Source: Eubacteriales bacterium
GTDB lineage: Bacteria > Bacillota > Clostridia > Christensenellales > MGBC116941
Direction: 5' to 3'
DNA length: 40,088 bases
NCBI GenBank assembly: GCA_031550915.1
Contig: JAVBOF010000018.1
Span: forward strand, 1-40,088
The notes below the pieces were generated by a model that ran no database searches, was not told where the DNA came from, and saw only the letters and a list, made by a program, of their open reading frames with translations. Of the stretch, positions 8,967-18,035 are shown piece after piece. The position numbers and the translations under genes are program-made. Position 1 is the first letter of the stretch, and each line of letters starts with the position of its first letter.

Positions 8967-9005
8967 TCAAATTGTAAAAACTTTGTCAATGTTTAGATGC
9001 GGGCT

Positions 9006-9034
9006 TTGCCTGCATTTCTTATCTCTGTTATAAT
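9006..9034 (+). promoter_or_regulatory. Candidate sigma-A type promoter of rodA
   Basis: TTGCCT (9006-9011), 17-nt spacer, TATAAT (9029-9034), about 60 nt upstream of the TTG start. Confidence 0.4.
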
Positions 9035-9095
9035 AATCGGATAAACTGGCAAGTATTATGATAGTATTCAGCCAAAGAGACATGGAGCAATACCA

Positions 9096-10283
9096 TTGAG
9101 ACGTTTTAATAAAAAAGCATTAAAAGGCTTCGATTGGATCACCCTCATTCTGGTGACAATAATCGTCCTATACAGCAATATAATCCTGGCGAACGCTTCC
9201 GCAAAGCCATTCACAGGTGAAGAAGCCGGCATACTCGATATCATTGCCAAGATAGATTTCCAGTATGTCAGCAGGCAGAGCCTTTGGTTTTTTATAGGCC
9301 TCGTATTGATGGTCGTTATATGCTTTATAGATTACGAAAACCTTGGCCAGTACGTTAAGATAATCTATATAGCCAATGTAGGTTTTTTGCTTCTGCTAAT
9401 GATATTCGGAACCGAAAAAGGCGGCGCGCAGGGCTGGTTCAGCTTGATCGGGGAACGCACTATCCAGCCTTCAGAGTTCTGTAAGATAAGCCTTATTCTT
9501 ATGCTGGGCAAGATGATATCGACCAAAATCGAATCCAACGGCGGGCCGTTGCGGTTCCGCGATATGCCTTTATTGCTGCTGGTATTACTCGTACCGTTCG
9601 TCATAGTCGCAAGACAGCCGGATCTTGGCACGGCGGCGGTATATATCGTTATCTTCATAGGTATACTGTTTATGGCAAAAACAAGCTTTAAGATAATCGG
9701 CGCTTTCTTGGGCGTGGGAATAATATCCATCCCAATAGCCTACCAGTTCCTGGAAGACTATCAAATAAAGCGCTTGATGCCATTTTTGAATGCCGGAGAT
9801 ACATCCTCACAGAATTCGTCTGCATTCGACCAGGTCGCACAGTCCAAAACCATGATAGGCTCTGGACAGGTGACCGGCAAGGGCCTTTTTTCCGAAGGGA
9901 CCCTTACACAGCTGGATTACATGCCTCAAAGGCGAACAGATTTCATCTTTGCCGTAACGGCCGAATCCGTCGGCTTCATCGGCGGCATCATTCTTCTAGT
10001 GTTGTATTTCGTATTGCTTTTCAGGCTTTTGTATCTGGCATCACAGGCGCCCACTTTGTTCGGCTCTTTGATAATCGTCGGCGTTATGTCGATGCTGTTC
10101 TTCCATATTGTCGAAAATATAGGCACGACAATGGGCCTGCTGCCGCAAACAGGGATTCCGCTTCCTTTCTTTAGCTACGGGGGAAGCAACATGCTAACCA
10201 ATATGATTGCCATAGGCTTTGTTCAAAGCGTAGCGCTTAGACGGCAGAAGAAGACCCTCGAACCCGCTATTACCAATTTTTAA
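9096..10283 (+). CDS. rodA: SEDS family peptidoglycan polymerase (FtsW/RodA/SpoVE), RodA by context
   Basis: TTG start at 9096 follows GGAG. About 10 TM helices. Conserved motifs: RTIQPSEFCKI, RQPDLGTA, RTDFIFAV, PLPFFSYGGSN. Its location after minCDE is the usual rodA position in Clostridia. Confidence 0.8.
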   Translation: MRRFNKKALKGFDWITLILVTIIVLYSNIILANASAKPFTGEEAGILDIIAKIDFQYVSRQSLWFFIGLVLMVVICFIDYENLGQYVKIIYIANVGFLLLLMIFGTEKGGAQGWFSLIGERTIQPSEFCKISLILMLGKMISTKIESNGGPLRFRDMPLLLLVLLVPFVIVARQPDLGTAAVYIVIFIGILFMAKTSFKIIGAFLGVGIISIPIAYQFLEDYQIKRLMPFLNAGDTSSQNSSAFDQVAQSKTMIGSGQVTGKGLFSEGTLTQLDYMPQRRTDFIFAVTAESVGFIGGIILLVLYFVLLFRLLYLASQAPTLFGSLIIVGVMSMLFFHIVENIGTTMGLLPQTGIPLPFFSYGGSNMLTNMIAIGFVQSVALRRQKKTLEPAITNF

Positions 10284-10375
10284 CTTTTTCTTGTCTGTTA
10301 TGCGACAAACGCGCGTGAAAGCTGAATTTAACGGTTTTGTTTATTTAAATACGCCTTTAACGGATTTCGACAAAT

Positions 10376-10951
10376 TCAATCAAACAACTTAAGCAGCTCG
10401 TTCATTCTTTTTTCCGCATATTCCCTGCCGGAAGATACTATTTTATCTATCTGCAAAAATAATGATACCTCAATGCCGCAGGTTTGAAGGGTATCCTTAA
10501 CAAACGCGCCTTCGATTGGGTTGTGAAAATAGCTGTTATAATAATCTATCGGTGTCTCCATTGTATTTATCACAATAGCTTTTTTCCCTTTTAAGAGCCC
10601 TATCATCTCCCCGTGCTCTCCATATTTATATGCCCATCCCAGCAACAATACCTTATCACAAAAGCCTTTAAGGACTGCAGGCATAGTCCCCCACCACGAA
10701 GGAAAAGGAAAAACCAGAACATCTGCCTCTTCGATCTTTCTTTGGTATTCTTCAACATGGGGGTCGGCGCTTTCACCCGTTCTCCAGCGCGATAGATCCT
10801 CCTCCCGCATGACCGGGTCAAACCCGTCGGTAACAAGGTCTATCCTTTTTACCTCTTCGCCTTTCTCTAAAAGCTTCGCGGATATCCCTTCCGCCGCGGC
10901 TGCATTGAAACTTCCGTTATACGGGTGGCTGGATATGATCAAATACTTCAT
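10376..10951 (-). CDS. Flavodoxin-like fold NAD(P)H-dependent oxidoreductase (Flavodoxin_2/quinone reductase family)
   Basis: 191 aa. MKYLIISSHPYNGSFN ... EADVLVFPFPSWWGTMPAVLKGFCDKV is characteristic of the YwrO/KefF/MdaB-type family. Confidence 0.75.
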   Translation of the reverse strand: MKYLIISSHPYNGSFNAAAAEGISAKLLEKGEEVKRIDLVTDGFDPVMREEDLSRWRTGESADPHVEEYQRKIEEADVLVFPFPSWWGTMPAVLKGFCDKVLLLGWAYKYGEHGEMIGLLKGKKAIVINTMETPIDYYNSYFHNPIEGAFVKDTLQTCGIEVSLFLQIDKIVSSGREYAEKRMNELLKLFD

Positions 10952-11196
10952 TTTAACCTCTCAAAATGCTTTTTATTTACTATTTGTGTTTTTCCCGGTT
11001 TTATTCGTTATATTGCTCTTACAGTGTTAAGGCATACTTGTTTGCAGCGTTCCATTTTATATCGCGCAATTCATTGGTAAGTGCAGAAACAAGATAATTA
11101 TTTGAGGAGCCCCTGTCCGGCCAATGGTTTATATTGACAAGGATGACAATGGCATATTAAAGTAAAAAGATAAGTTTTTTGAGGCAGTGATTTATT

Positions 11197-11985
11197 ATGG
11201 ATAAGAGGCGCATTTTTACATATTGGGTAAATAACGAAAACGCGGTCATACCGGATTATATCAAAATGTGTATGGAAACCTGGGAGCGGCATATAAAGGA
11301 TGTCGAAATCATAACGATCGATCACTCTAACCTATCCCAATGGATCGACATAACCTTTGATATCAATCATTTCAAACAGCTTACCTTGCCCATGCAATCC
11401 GACATATTATCCTATTATGTCCTGCACAAGCACGGCGGCATCTATATGGATGCCGATACCATCGTTTTTAGCGATATATTCAACGAAATAGCCCAATTCG
11501 ATAAAAGTAAGATCTATATGTTCGGGGATAAGGCGCAAAATACATGTCATGTAGCGTTCATTGCCAGCCTGCAAAAAAACAACAGGGCACTGTTTGATGG
11601 GATAAAAAAAGTCCAGTCCAATGTTCAAAAGCTTTTTAACCAACAGATCGAGCTAACTTGGGATCTGTTCAGCAATAGTATATACCATGAATTAATCCAA
11701 AAATATGACACAGCTTTTGAGATACTGGACAAATACGAAACCGGCGCTATTCTGGAGCATGTTTTGCAGCTAGATGATAAGTGGAAGGATTACCTCTGTT
11801 TCTATTTCGACAATAAATCAAAAATAGACCTTGAAAATATAGTCGGCAGGATAAAATTCGGTGCCGTGCTTTTGCATAATTCCTGGACGCCGGATAATTA
11901 TAGAGAAGCTTCAAGGGAAATGATCCTTAACGACGGATTATTGATTTCCCGATTGCTAAAATATGCCTTAGGCTATCCGTTATAG
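11197..11985 (+). CDS. DXD-motif glycosyltransferase (capsular polysaccharide synthesis / Caps_synth-like)
   Basis: 262 aa. N-terminal IFTYWVNNENAVIPDYIKMCMETWERH and the DXD motif in GGIYMDADT resemble the PF05704/PF04488-type families. Confidence 0.6.
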   Translation: MDKRRIFTYWVNNENAVIPDYIKMCMETWERHIKDVEIITIDHSNLSQWIDITFDINHFKQLTLPMQSDILSYYVLHKHGGIYMDADTIVFSDIFNEIAQFDKSKIYMFGDKAQNTCHVAFIASLQKNNRALFDGIKKVQSNVQKLFNQQIELTWDLFSNSIYHELIQKYDTAFEILDKYETGAILEHVLQLDDKWKDYLCFYFDNKSKIDLENIVGRIKFGAVLLHNSWTPDNYREASREMILNDGLLISRLLKYALGYPL

Positions 11986-12150
11986 ATTTTTACAATAAAT
12001 CTCATATTCAACCTTTCCATTCCAGGATCATTTTTTTTAACGCGTCGCAGGATGATTTTACTGTAAACTCTTTACATTTATGTCTATATTCTGTAACATG
12101 TCTCTTTAGGGATATTTTATTGCAAGCAGCGTGATTTGGAGCAGACAGTA

Positions 12151-13260
12151 ATGAAACGAATAAAAAACCTTTTTTACCAGCACTTTTTTAATTCAGAACT
12201 GCCTTTTGAATATAGGGTGATATCCTATTTTGGCATTATAACTATAGTATTCTCTGTCGTTTCCGTAATCGGTAATTTGTATATAGGACTCTCTTTGTAT
12301 ACATGCATACCTCAAGTGGTCTCTACGGCTTTATCCCTTGTATATTTCTTTTCTTCCTATGCATTAAGGCTAAAGATGATGAAACCTCTTACTTTCATCA
12401 TCGGCTGCGTTTATTTGCCGGCCCTGTTCTTTTTAAGCGGCGGGATCAACGGGACAGGCCTGTTATTTGGAATGTTAGGCATCCTGATATTCTCGCTTGT
12501 CTTTACCCAAAAGACGCGAATAATAGTCCTTTTAATCTATGGGCTGATATTTGTTGCTTTTCTCACCTTGCAGCGTATCTTCCCCGATATTTGTATGGAC
12601 TATCCGGATGAATTCACCCGTTTCTTGGATTTTATTATCTCAGTAATACTGTGTATAGCGGCAATCGCAATGATAACCGCTTCAGTAGTCCGCTCTTATC
12701 ACGTTGAGCACGCAAAGACAAAAAAGCTGCTTGAAAAGGTTGAGCAGCAAAACGCGGAGCTAGAAATCCTTTCGATAACGGATCCGCTTACAAATGTATA
12801 CAATCGCAGGTATTTAGACCAATTTTTGGATTTGGAGATATCTTCATACAAGGAAACCGGACGCGGCCTTTGCGTGATGATGATGGACCTTGATGAGTTT
12901 AAGAAAATAAACGACAGCTTTGGACACGGCTTTGGCGACGAGGTTTTAATAAACTTCTCTAAATGCGCCGTCAGCTCGCTGAGGGATTACGATATTATGG
13001 CAAGATACGGCGGCGAGGAGTTTGTGGCGGTGCTGACGCTTTGCACCCCTCAGGACGCGTACCTGATTGCGGAACGGATACGTGAAAAGACCTCTTCGAT
13101 GGTTTTCCGTTTTAACGCCAAGATCCATGTCAGTATCGGCATAGCCGTGGCAAACGACGATGATACTTCACAAAGCCTTACCGCAAGAGCCGATAAAAAC
13201 CTGTATACCGCAAAATCTTCCGGCAGAAACCGCACAATCATCGATGGCATGGATAAGTAA
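12151..13260 (+). CDS. Membrane-anchored diguanylate cyclase (GGDEF domain)
   Basis: ATG 12151 (MKRIKNLF). About 6 N-terminal TM helices and a coiled linker. GGEEF at 13009-13023 (RYGGEEF) with an RxxD I-site (RDYD) 5 residues upstream. DLDEFKKINDSFGH metal/substrate motif. Confidence 0.9.
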   Translation: MKRIKNLFYQHFFNSELPFEYRVISYFGIITIVFSVVSVIGNLYIGLSLYTCIPQVVSTALSLVYFFSSYALRLKMMKPLTFIIGCVYLPALFFLSGGINGTGLLFGMLGILIFSLVFTQKTRIIVLLIYGLIFVAFLTLQRIFPDICMDYPDEFTRFLDFIISVILCIAAIAMITASVVRSYHVEHAKTKKLLEKVEQQNAELEILSITDPLTNVYNRRYLDQFLDLEISSYKETGRGLCVMMMDLDEFKKINDSFGHGFGDEVLINFSKCAVSSLRDYDIMARYGGEEFVAVLTLCTPQDAYLIAERIREKTSSMVFRFNAKIHVSIGIAVANDDDTSQSLTARADKNLYTAKSSGRNRTIIDGMDK

Positions 13261-13270
13261 ACTATATATC

Positions 13271-13310
13271 AAAACGGCTTCCATTCTTTGACGGCAGCCG
13301 TTTTTTGTTT
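13271..13310. terminator. Putative bidirectional intrinsic terminator between convergent GGDEF and hybrid kinase genes
   Basis: AAAACGGC (13271-13278) pairs with GCCGTTTT (13297-13304). An A-run precedes it and a T-run follows. The loop is long (18 nt), so confidence is only moderate. Confidence 0.45.
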
Positions 13311-13319
13311 TGCTGATAT

Positions 13320-16300
13320 TTAGTTTTTATAGGCTTCTATCAACTCCGGCTGCTGCGATATAATCTCGATCGACGCAAGCGTTTTCTCATATACTGCAAT
13401 GAAGCCCCCTATCTCAGGATCGTCCGGGCTTACGGTACCAGTTTTTACCATAGATTCCAGCAGCTTGATACCCTCATATATATTATCTAAAGAAAGGTTA
13501 GCGCTTACGCCTTTAAGAGCATGAGCCTTTTGCGCGGCTAATTCCATATCCCCGTCTTTAACTGCCTGCAAAAACTCGTCCTTTATTGTATTCTGAGAGA
13601 ATGTCTGCAAGAGTTTAGAATATATCTTCGAATTGTTAGCAAGCATCTTCATGCCGTTCGCGACGTTCACGCCGAATAATCCCGGCGAACCGGATGTATC
13701 CGATCCGGCACCTCCTCCACCTGCAAAATCATTGTTTGAAAGGTTTTTCCCGCCGTTCCCAACAAGGAATTTATCTAATTCATTAAACATCTTTTCTTCA
13801 TCGATAGGTTTGCTAATGTGGCCGTTCATACCGGCTTCAAAAGCCCTGACGATATCCTCCTTAAATGCATTTGCAGTCATCGCAACTATTGGAATTGTTT
13901 TTGCCGTCTTGGCAGCGCTTCCACGGATCAGCTTTGTGGCCTGATATCCGTCCATATTAGGCATCTGGACGTCCATCAATATCATATCGAATCTGTCCGG
14001 ATCGTTCTCGAACATGGATACCGCAACCGCTCCGTCATTTGCCTCCTCAATTTCTACTTTAGTAGATTCAAGAAGGCTGCACAATATCTCCCTATTTATC
14101 TCAATATCCTCAACAATGAGGATTTTCTTTCCCTTATAAGATATATCTCTGCTGGATCTCGAAACTTTCCGGTTATTTACATCAAATCCAACCGTTTCAT
14201 TTATCGTATTTATAATGGTAGACGGAAAGACCGGCTTTGGCAACATTTTTTTGATACCTAATTCCATTGCCTCAGTTTCAATATCGGTAAAATCATACAT
14301 GGACATGAGAACCAGCGTTATATCCTCTTGCCCCAGTTTCCTTATTTCTTTTGCCGTTTCAAGCCCGCTCATACCATTCATTTTCAGGTCAAGGAATACG
14401 AGCTTATACCCCTGATCAGATTTTTTACTGTTGTTTATGGTTTCTATCGCTTCGTACCCGGAGCTCGCGGTCGTACAGCTGATGCCGTTGTTCTCCAATA
14501 TCGATTTAATATATTCGCATATCTCCTCGCTGTCGTCAACCACCAAAACCTTTAGTTCATGCGCGTGCGCTCCCGGCAGCATGGTGTTCACAAGCCCGCT
14601 TCCGTCCATAACCCCTACCGTAACTTCGACGTGGAAACAGGAGCCGTTTGTATAGCTGTCATCGATGCTGATGGAACCGTTCATCAGCTCGGCAAGCCTT
14701 TTGCTTATCGCGAGGCCCAGACCTGTGCCGCCATAATTCTTCGTGATGCTGCTATCGGCCTGCTCAAACGCCTGAAAAAGTCTTGCCCTCTGCTCATCGC
14801 TGATTCCGATGCCTGTATCGGTTACCTTGAATTCCAATACGACGTCTTTATCCCTTCTTTCCTTTGCCGAAACCGTCAACCCTATCCTTCCGTTTTCCGG
14901 CGTAAATTTAACGGCATTGGACATAAGGTTCAAAATTATCTGCTTTAACCGCATAGCGTCTCCGTAAAGGTTTCTCGGGACGTTGTTTTCTATCTTTACC
15001 ATCAAATCGTGCTGCTTTTCATCCACCTTGACGGCAATAACGTTAATGATCTCTTCAAGCGCGAATTCGAGATCAAACGGCTCATACAGCAGATCAAACT
15101 TGCCGGATTCGATCTTGGAAAGATCGAGTACGTCGTTGATTATCGCAAGCAGATGTTCGGAAGAGATTTCGACTTTATCGAGGCAATCCTTTATCTTGGA
15201 AAGATCGTTGGATACCTGCGCGATCTTCGTCATTCCGATTATCGCGTTCATCGGTGTGCGTATCTCATGGCTCATATTCGAAAGGAACTGACTTTTAGCA
15301 CGGTTTGCGGCTTCAGCCTGATTCTTTGCTATAAGCATCTCCTTTTCCATCATTATCCTATCGGTTATGTCGAAGGTCAAACCTACTGTTCTTATGGATT
15401 TGCCATTTTTATCTTCAATAGTTTTACCATAGTTGTTTATATAACGGATAGAGCCATCCGGGAAGGTCAGCCTGATATCCCTTGCAATATTGGCGTCTTG
15501 CACATTAAGGTTTGTGATGCCCTGGAGGTAGGTTTCCGCTTGACCTTCATCCATAAGGCTATTAAACAGGGAATACAGATCCTTCACGGTCATATTTAAT
15601 TCACTCTGTTTTGGAATCCTGTAAATGCCCGCAAGAATATCGTCATAATTTACTTTATCATTTTCATAATCTATTTCCCAAACTCCCGTACGGGACGCGT
15701 TCAGAGCTATTTCAAGGCGCTCTTTTACATCGCTGACTTCCTTTTGCAGCTTGTTTATCTCCGTTATATCCCTCATTACGCAACCGACGCCGTTGGTTTC
15801 TCCGGCTTCGTTCTTTATCGCAAACAAAGTTACTGCAACGGTCGATACGGTTCCGTCCTTTTTGATAAGGCTGCATTCCGTCTGCCACGTTCCGTCGGTC
15901 GCCGCGATAGTATATCCATGACGAATCAGTTTAGCCGTATCCTTATCGTGTATAAGCTCCGGTGTAAGGTCTAACCCTATCTCTTCTCTGTCCCATCCCG
16001 CCATTTTGTAGGCGCCGTCGTTTAAATACATTAAATTCAGATCCATATCAGAGGCGCTTATAAAATCACTGGAGAACCTTGTTATTGCGGATTGTATCTG
16101 TATATCTATCCTTATCCGCTTCTCCTCGGTGATATCCTTGGATACCGTACCAATACCTATGGCTTTGCCGTCATCGTCCCGTATAGCGAATATCTGCTGT
16201 AAAACATCTATACGAGAGCCGTCTTTGCGGATCATCTGCGTTTCGCCGCGCCATTCATAAGCCTCCTCCGCTGGAAGCGCCATAAGCTCTTTGGCCAAGG

Positions 16301-17819
16301 AATACACCATCTCCGAAGTCGGGTCGTCATGTACCGCGCCGGGATAGAGTTTGTCCTTATCCGTTTCTTCATCCAACCCCAGCATCTTAAACGCTCCGGG
16401 GTTCGCATAAATGTGCTTGATATTCTCATCAGTGGCAGCGACGAAATCATTAAACGATTTCAAAAGGGCGGCTTGCACCTGCGTTTGCTTTATCAGCATC
16501 TTCTGGCCGGTGATATCCATTATTATGGTCCCCAGGGCGATGCGTTTGCCCTCTCTATCTTTGATTGCAACTATGGTTTGCAGGCAATCCTTATGTATAC
16601 CGTCCTTAGTGACTATGCCAACTTCTCCGCTCCATTCCTCGTGGTCGAGCATATAGGGCATAACGGTATTCTTCAGATACGCCGAGCTCCTTTCATCATG
16701 CAGCATCATCGGTTTATCCAGCTCTGAATATTCATATCCCGAAAGCTTCCGTGCTCCGTCGTTTATATAAAGCACACGCATATTGTTGTCACATACTGAT
16801 ACGAAATCCGGAAGGTTATCAAAAATAGCCGCTTGTATTGTAAGAAGCTCCTCGCCTTCCTTTTGTTTGGTAACATCTGAATATACTTCAAGCCGGGCAT
16901 TGTTGTCCGTGCCCCAGTTGATATTGGATAGCTGGCAATTATACCATTTTTTTGCTTTTTCCGAATGTACAAGTTCCCCAGACGTCCCGCCATGCTCGGA
17001 TTCACGCGTACCCCATATCTCGGAATAAGGCTTATGCAAATCTCCATCAAAACTATTTTGGGCAGTTTTGTTCGAATACAGAAGATTCCTACCGTCGCCG
17101 GAGAATATCCGTACTGCCACATTCATGGCATTCAGCGCGTCATATATGCGTTCCCTGTCCCGCTGAATCCTTCTTATCAAAGGTATGTTATATATGCATA
17201 TTCCGATCAGAATAATTATCATCCCTGTTGCAAATATAACAAAAGGTACAGCGGAAAACGAAAAGAACAGCTTTTTAAAAGGTATTTGGTTGAATACCGA
17301 GAGTACCGCCCCATGACTTTCAAATTTATAGCACGTACCAAGCACAAGCATTCCGTTCCTGTCTCTGTTAAACGACGGCGTGCTCATCTCCCCCAGCTTA
17401 GTGTTCAAAACCATCTTACTGTTATCTTCAGAGAGTTTTATATCCGGGGTTTTTCTAATATCGAGCGATGTCACATATTGCGGAAATACCTGGTTGTTAT
17501 AGGCGACCCTGGATAATACCGTTTGAGAATCTATCGGGCCCATCTTGGATTCGGAAGTATAAAGAGAGTTGACAACATCCGTAAGGGTTATGTCGATATC
17601 GCCCGTTTCTAAGAATGATTTGTCGATCATACCTTTTAACATCATGACTTCATTTTCAACAAGGTCTTTTTGATACTTTGAATAAGAATAGTAAGCGTTT
17701 ATGAACATTGATGCAAGTACGGTTACCAGACCGATGCAAAAGAAAAGAATGATCATTTGCACACGCTTTTTATAAGATTTTTCTGCATACTGGCTCTGCC
17801 GCATATACGCCCTCTTCAT
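13320..17819 (-). CDS. Hybrid sensor histidine kinase: 2 TM + extracytoplasmic domain, ~5 PAS, HisKA, HATPase_c, REC, REC, Hpt
   Basis: 1499 aa. TM helices near residues 20-45 and 186-215. Repeated PAS-like segments. H-box SNMSHEIRTPMNAIIGM (His codon 15267-15269). N/G boxes: NLMSNAVKFT, DTGIG, GTGLGLAIS. REC1 is VVDDS...FLDLKMNGMSG...LPKP and REC2 is IVEDI...LMDVQMPNMDG...ISKP. A Gly-rich linker precedes the Hpt AHALKGVSANL (His codon 13521-13523). Confidence 0.9.
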   Translation of the reverse strand: MKRAYMRQSQYAEKSYKKRVQMIILFFCIGLVTVLASMFINAYYSYSKYQKDLVENEVMMLKGMIDKSFLETGDIDITLTDVVNSLYTSESKMGPIDSQTVLSRVAYNNQVFPQYVTSLDIRKTPDIKLSEDNSKMVLNTKLGEMSTPSFNRDRNGMLVLGTCYKFESHGAVLSVFNQIPFKKLFFSFSAVPFVIFATGMIIILIGICIYNIPLIRRIQRDRERIYDALNAMNVAVRIFSGDGRNLLYSNKTAQNSFDGDLHKPYSEIWGTRESEHGGTSGELVHSEKAKKWYNCQLSNINWGTDNNARLEVYSDVTKQKEGEELLTIQAAIFDNLPDFVSVCDNNMRVLYINDGARKLSGYEYSELDKPMMLHDERSSAYLKNTVMPYMLDHEEWSGEVGIVTKDGIHKDCLQTIVAIKDREGKRIALGTIIMDITGQKMLIKQTQVQAALLKSFNDFVAATDENIKHIYANPGAFKMLGLDEETDKDKLYPGAVHDDPTSEMVYSLAKELMALPAEEAYEWRGETQMIRKDGSRIDVLQQIFAIRDDDGKAIGIGTVSKDITEEKRIRIDIQIQSAITRFSSDFISASDMDLNLMYLNDGAYKMAGWDREEIGLDLTPELIHDKDTAKLIRHGYTIAATDGTWQTECSLIKKDGTVSTVAVTLFAIKNEAGETNGVGCVMRDITEINKLQKEVSDVKERLEIALNASRTGVWEIDYENDKVNYDDILAGIYRIPKQSELNMTVKDLYSLFNSLMDEGQAETYLQGITNLNVQDANIARDIRLTFPDGSIRYINNYGKTIEDKNGKSIRTVGLTFDITDRIMMEKEMLIAKNQAEAANRAKSQFLSNMSHEIRTPMNAIIGMTKIAQVSNDLSKIKDCLDKVEISSEHLLAIINDVLDLSKIESGKFDLLYEPFDLEFALEEIINVIAVKVDEKQHDLMVKIENNVPRNLYGDAMRLKQIILNLMSNAVKFTPENGRIGLTVSAKERRDKDVVLEFKVTDTGIGISDEQRARLFQAFEQADSSITKNYGGTGLGLAISKRLAELMNGSISIDDSYTNGSCFHVEVTVGVMDGSGLVNTMLPGAHAHELKVLVVDDSEEICEYIKSILENNGISCTTASSGYEAIETINNSKKSDQGYKLVFLDLKMNGMSGLETAKEIRKLGQEDITLVLMSMYDFTDIETEAMELGIKKMLPKPVFPSTIINTINETVGFDVNNRKVSRSSRDISYKGKKILIVEDIEINREILCSLLESTKVEIEEANDGAVAVSMFENDPDRFDMILMDVQMPNMDGYQATKLIRGSAAKTAKTIPIVAMTANAFKEDIVRAFEAGMNGHISKPIDEEKMFNELDKFLVGNGGKNLSNNDFAGGGGAGSDTSGSPGLFGVNVANGMKMLANNSKIYSKLLQTFSQNTIKDEFLQAVKDGDMELAAQKAHALKGVSANLSLDNIYEGIKLLESMVKTGTVSPDDPEIGGFIAVYEKTLASIEIISQQPELIEAYKN

Positions 17820-17890
17820 CCGTCGATCAAGCGGCAGATAATAATAGACAGGTACAAGTCTGTTGCCGCCATAATTAGTTATATTACCAT

Positions 17891-17917
17891 CTTATTGCTT
17901 CATTTTCAAGCAATAAG
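17891..17917. repeat. Perfect 10-bp inverted repeat in the divergent kinase intergenic region
   Basis: CTTATTGCTT (17891-17900), 7-nt spacer CATTTTC, AAGCAATAAG (17908-17917). Confidence 0.8.
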
Positions 17918-18035
17918 GCCTTTTACATAATTCCGTTTTTAGGGTACTACATTTGCAAATTTTAGTGGATTTATTTATTTTTTGTTGTATACTATGATAT
18001 AAGTGTAATTATAAATTCAGGTGGTTGTGTTGAAG

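Noticed and set aside
11098-11325. 75-aa minus-strand ORF spanning the glycosyltransferase start region
   Set aside because: It overlaps the 5' end of the better-supported plus-strand glycosyltransferase gene. It has no RBS and no recognisable motifs.
10952-12150. c-di-GMP riboswitch (GEMM-I/II) in the long leaders of the glycosyltransferase, the GGDEF gene, and the 24106 and 29077 genes
   Set aside because: I read these leaders looking for the conserved GEMM features (paired GNRA-tetraloop/receptor helices, ...GGCAAACC... / ...GGACGCAAAGCC...) and found nothing resembling them. A covariance-model scan (Rfam RF01051/RF01786) would be the decisive test.
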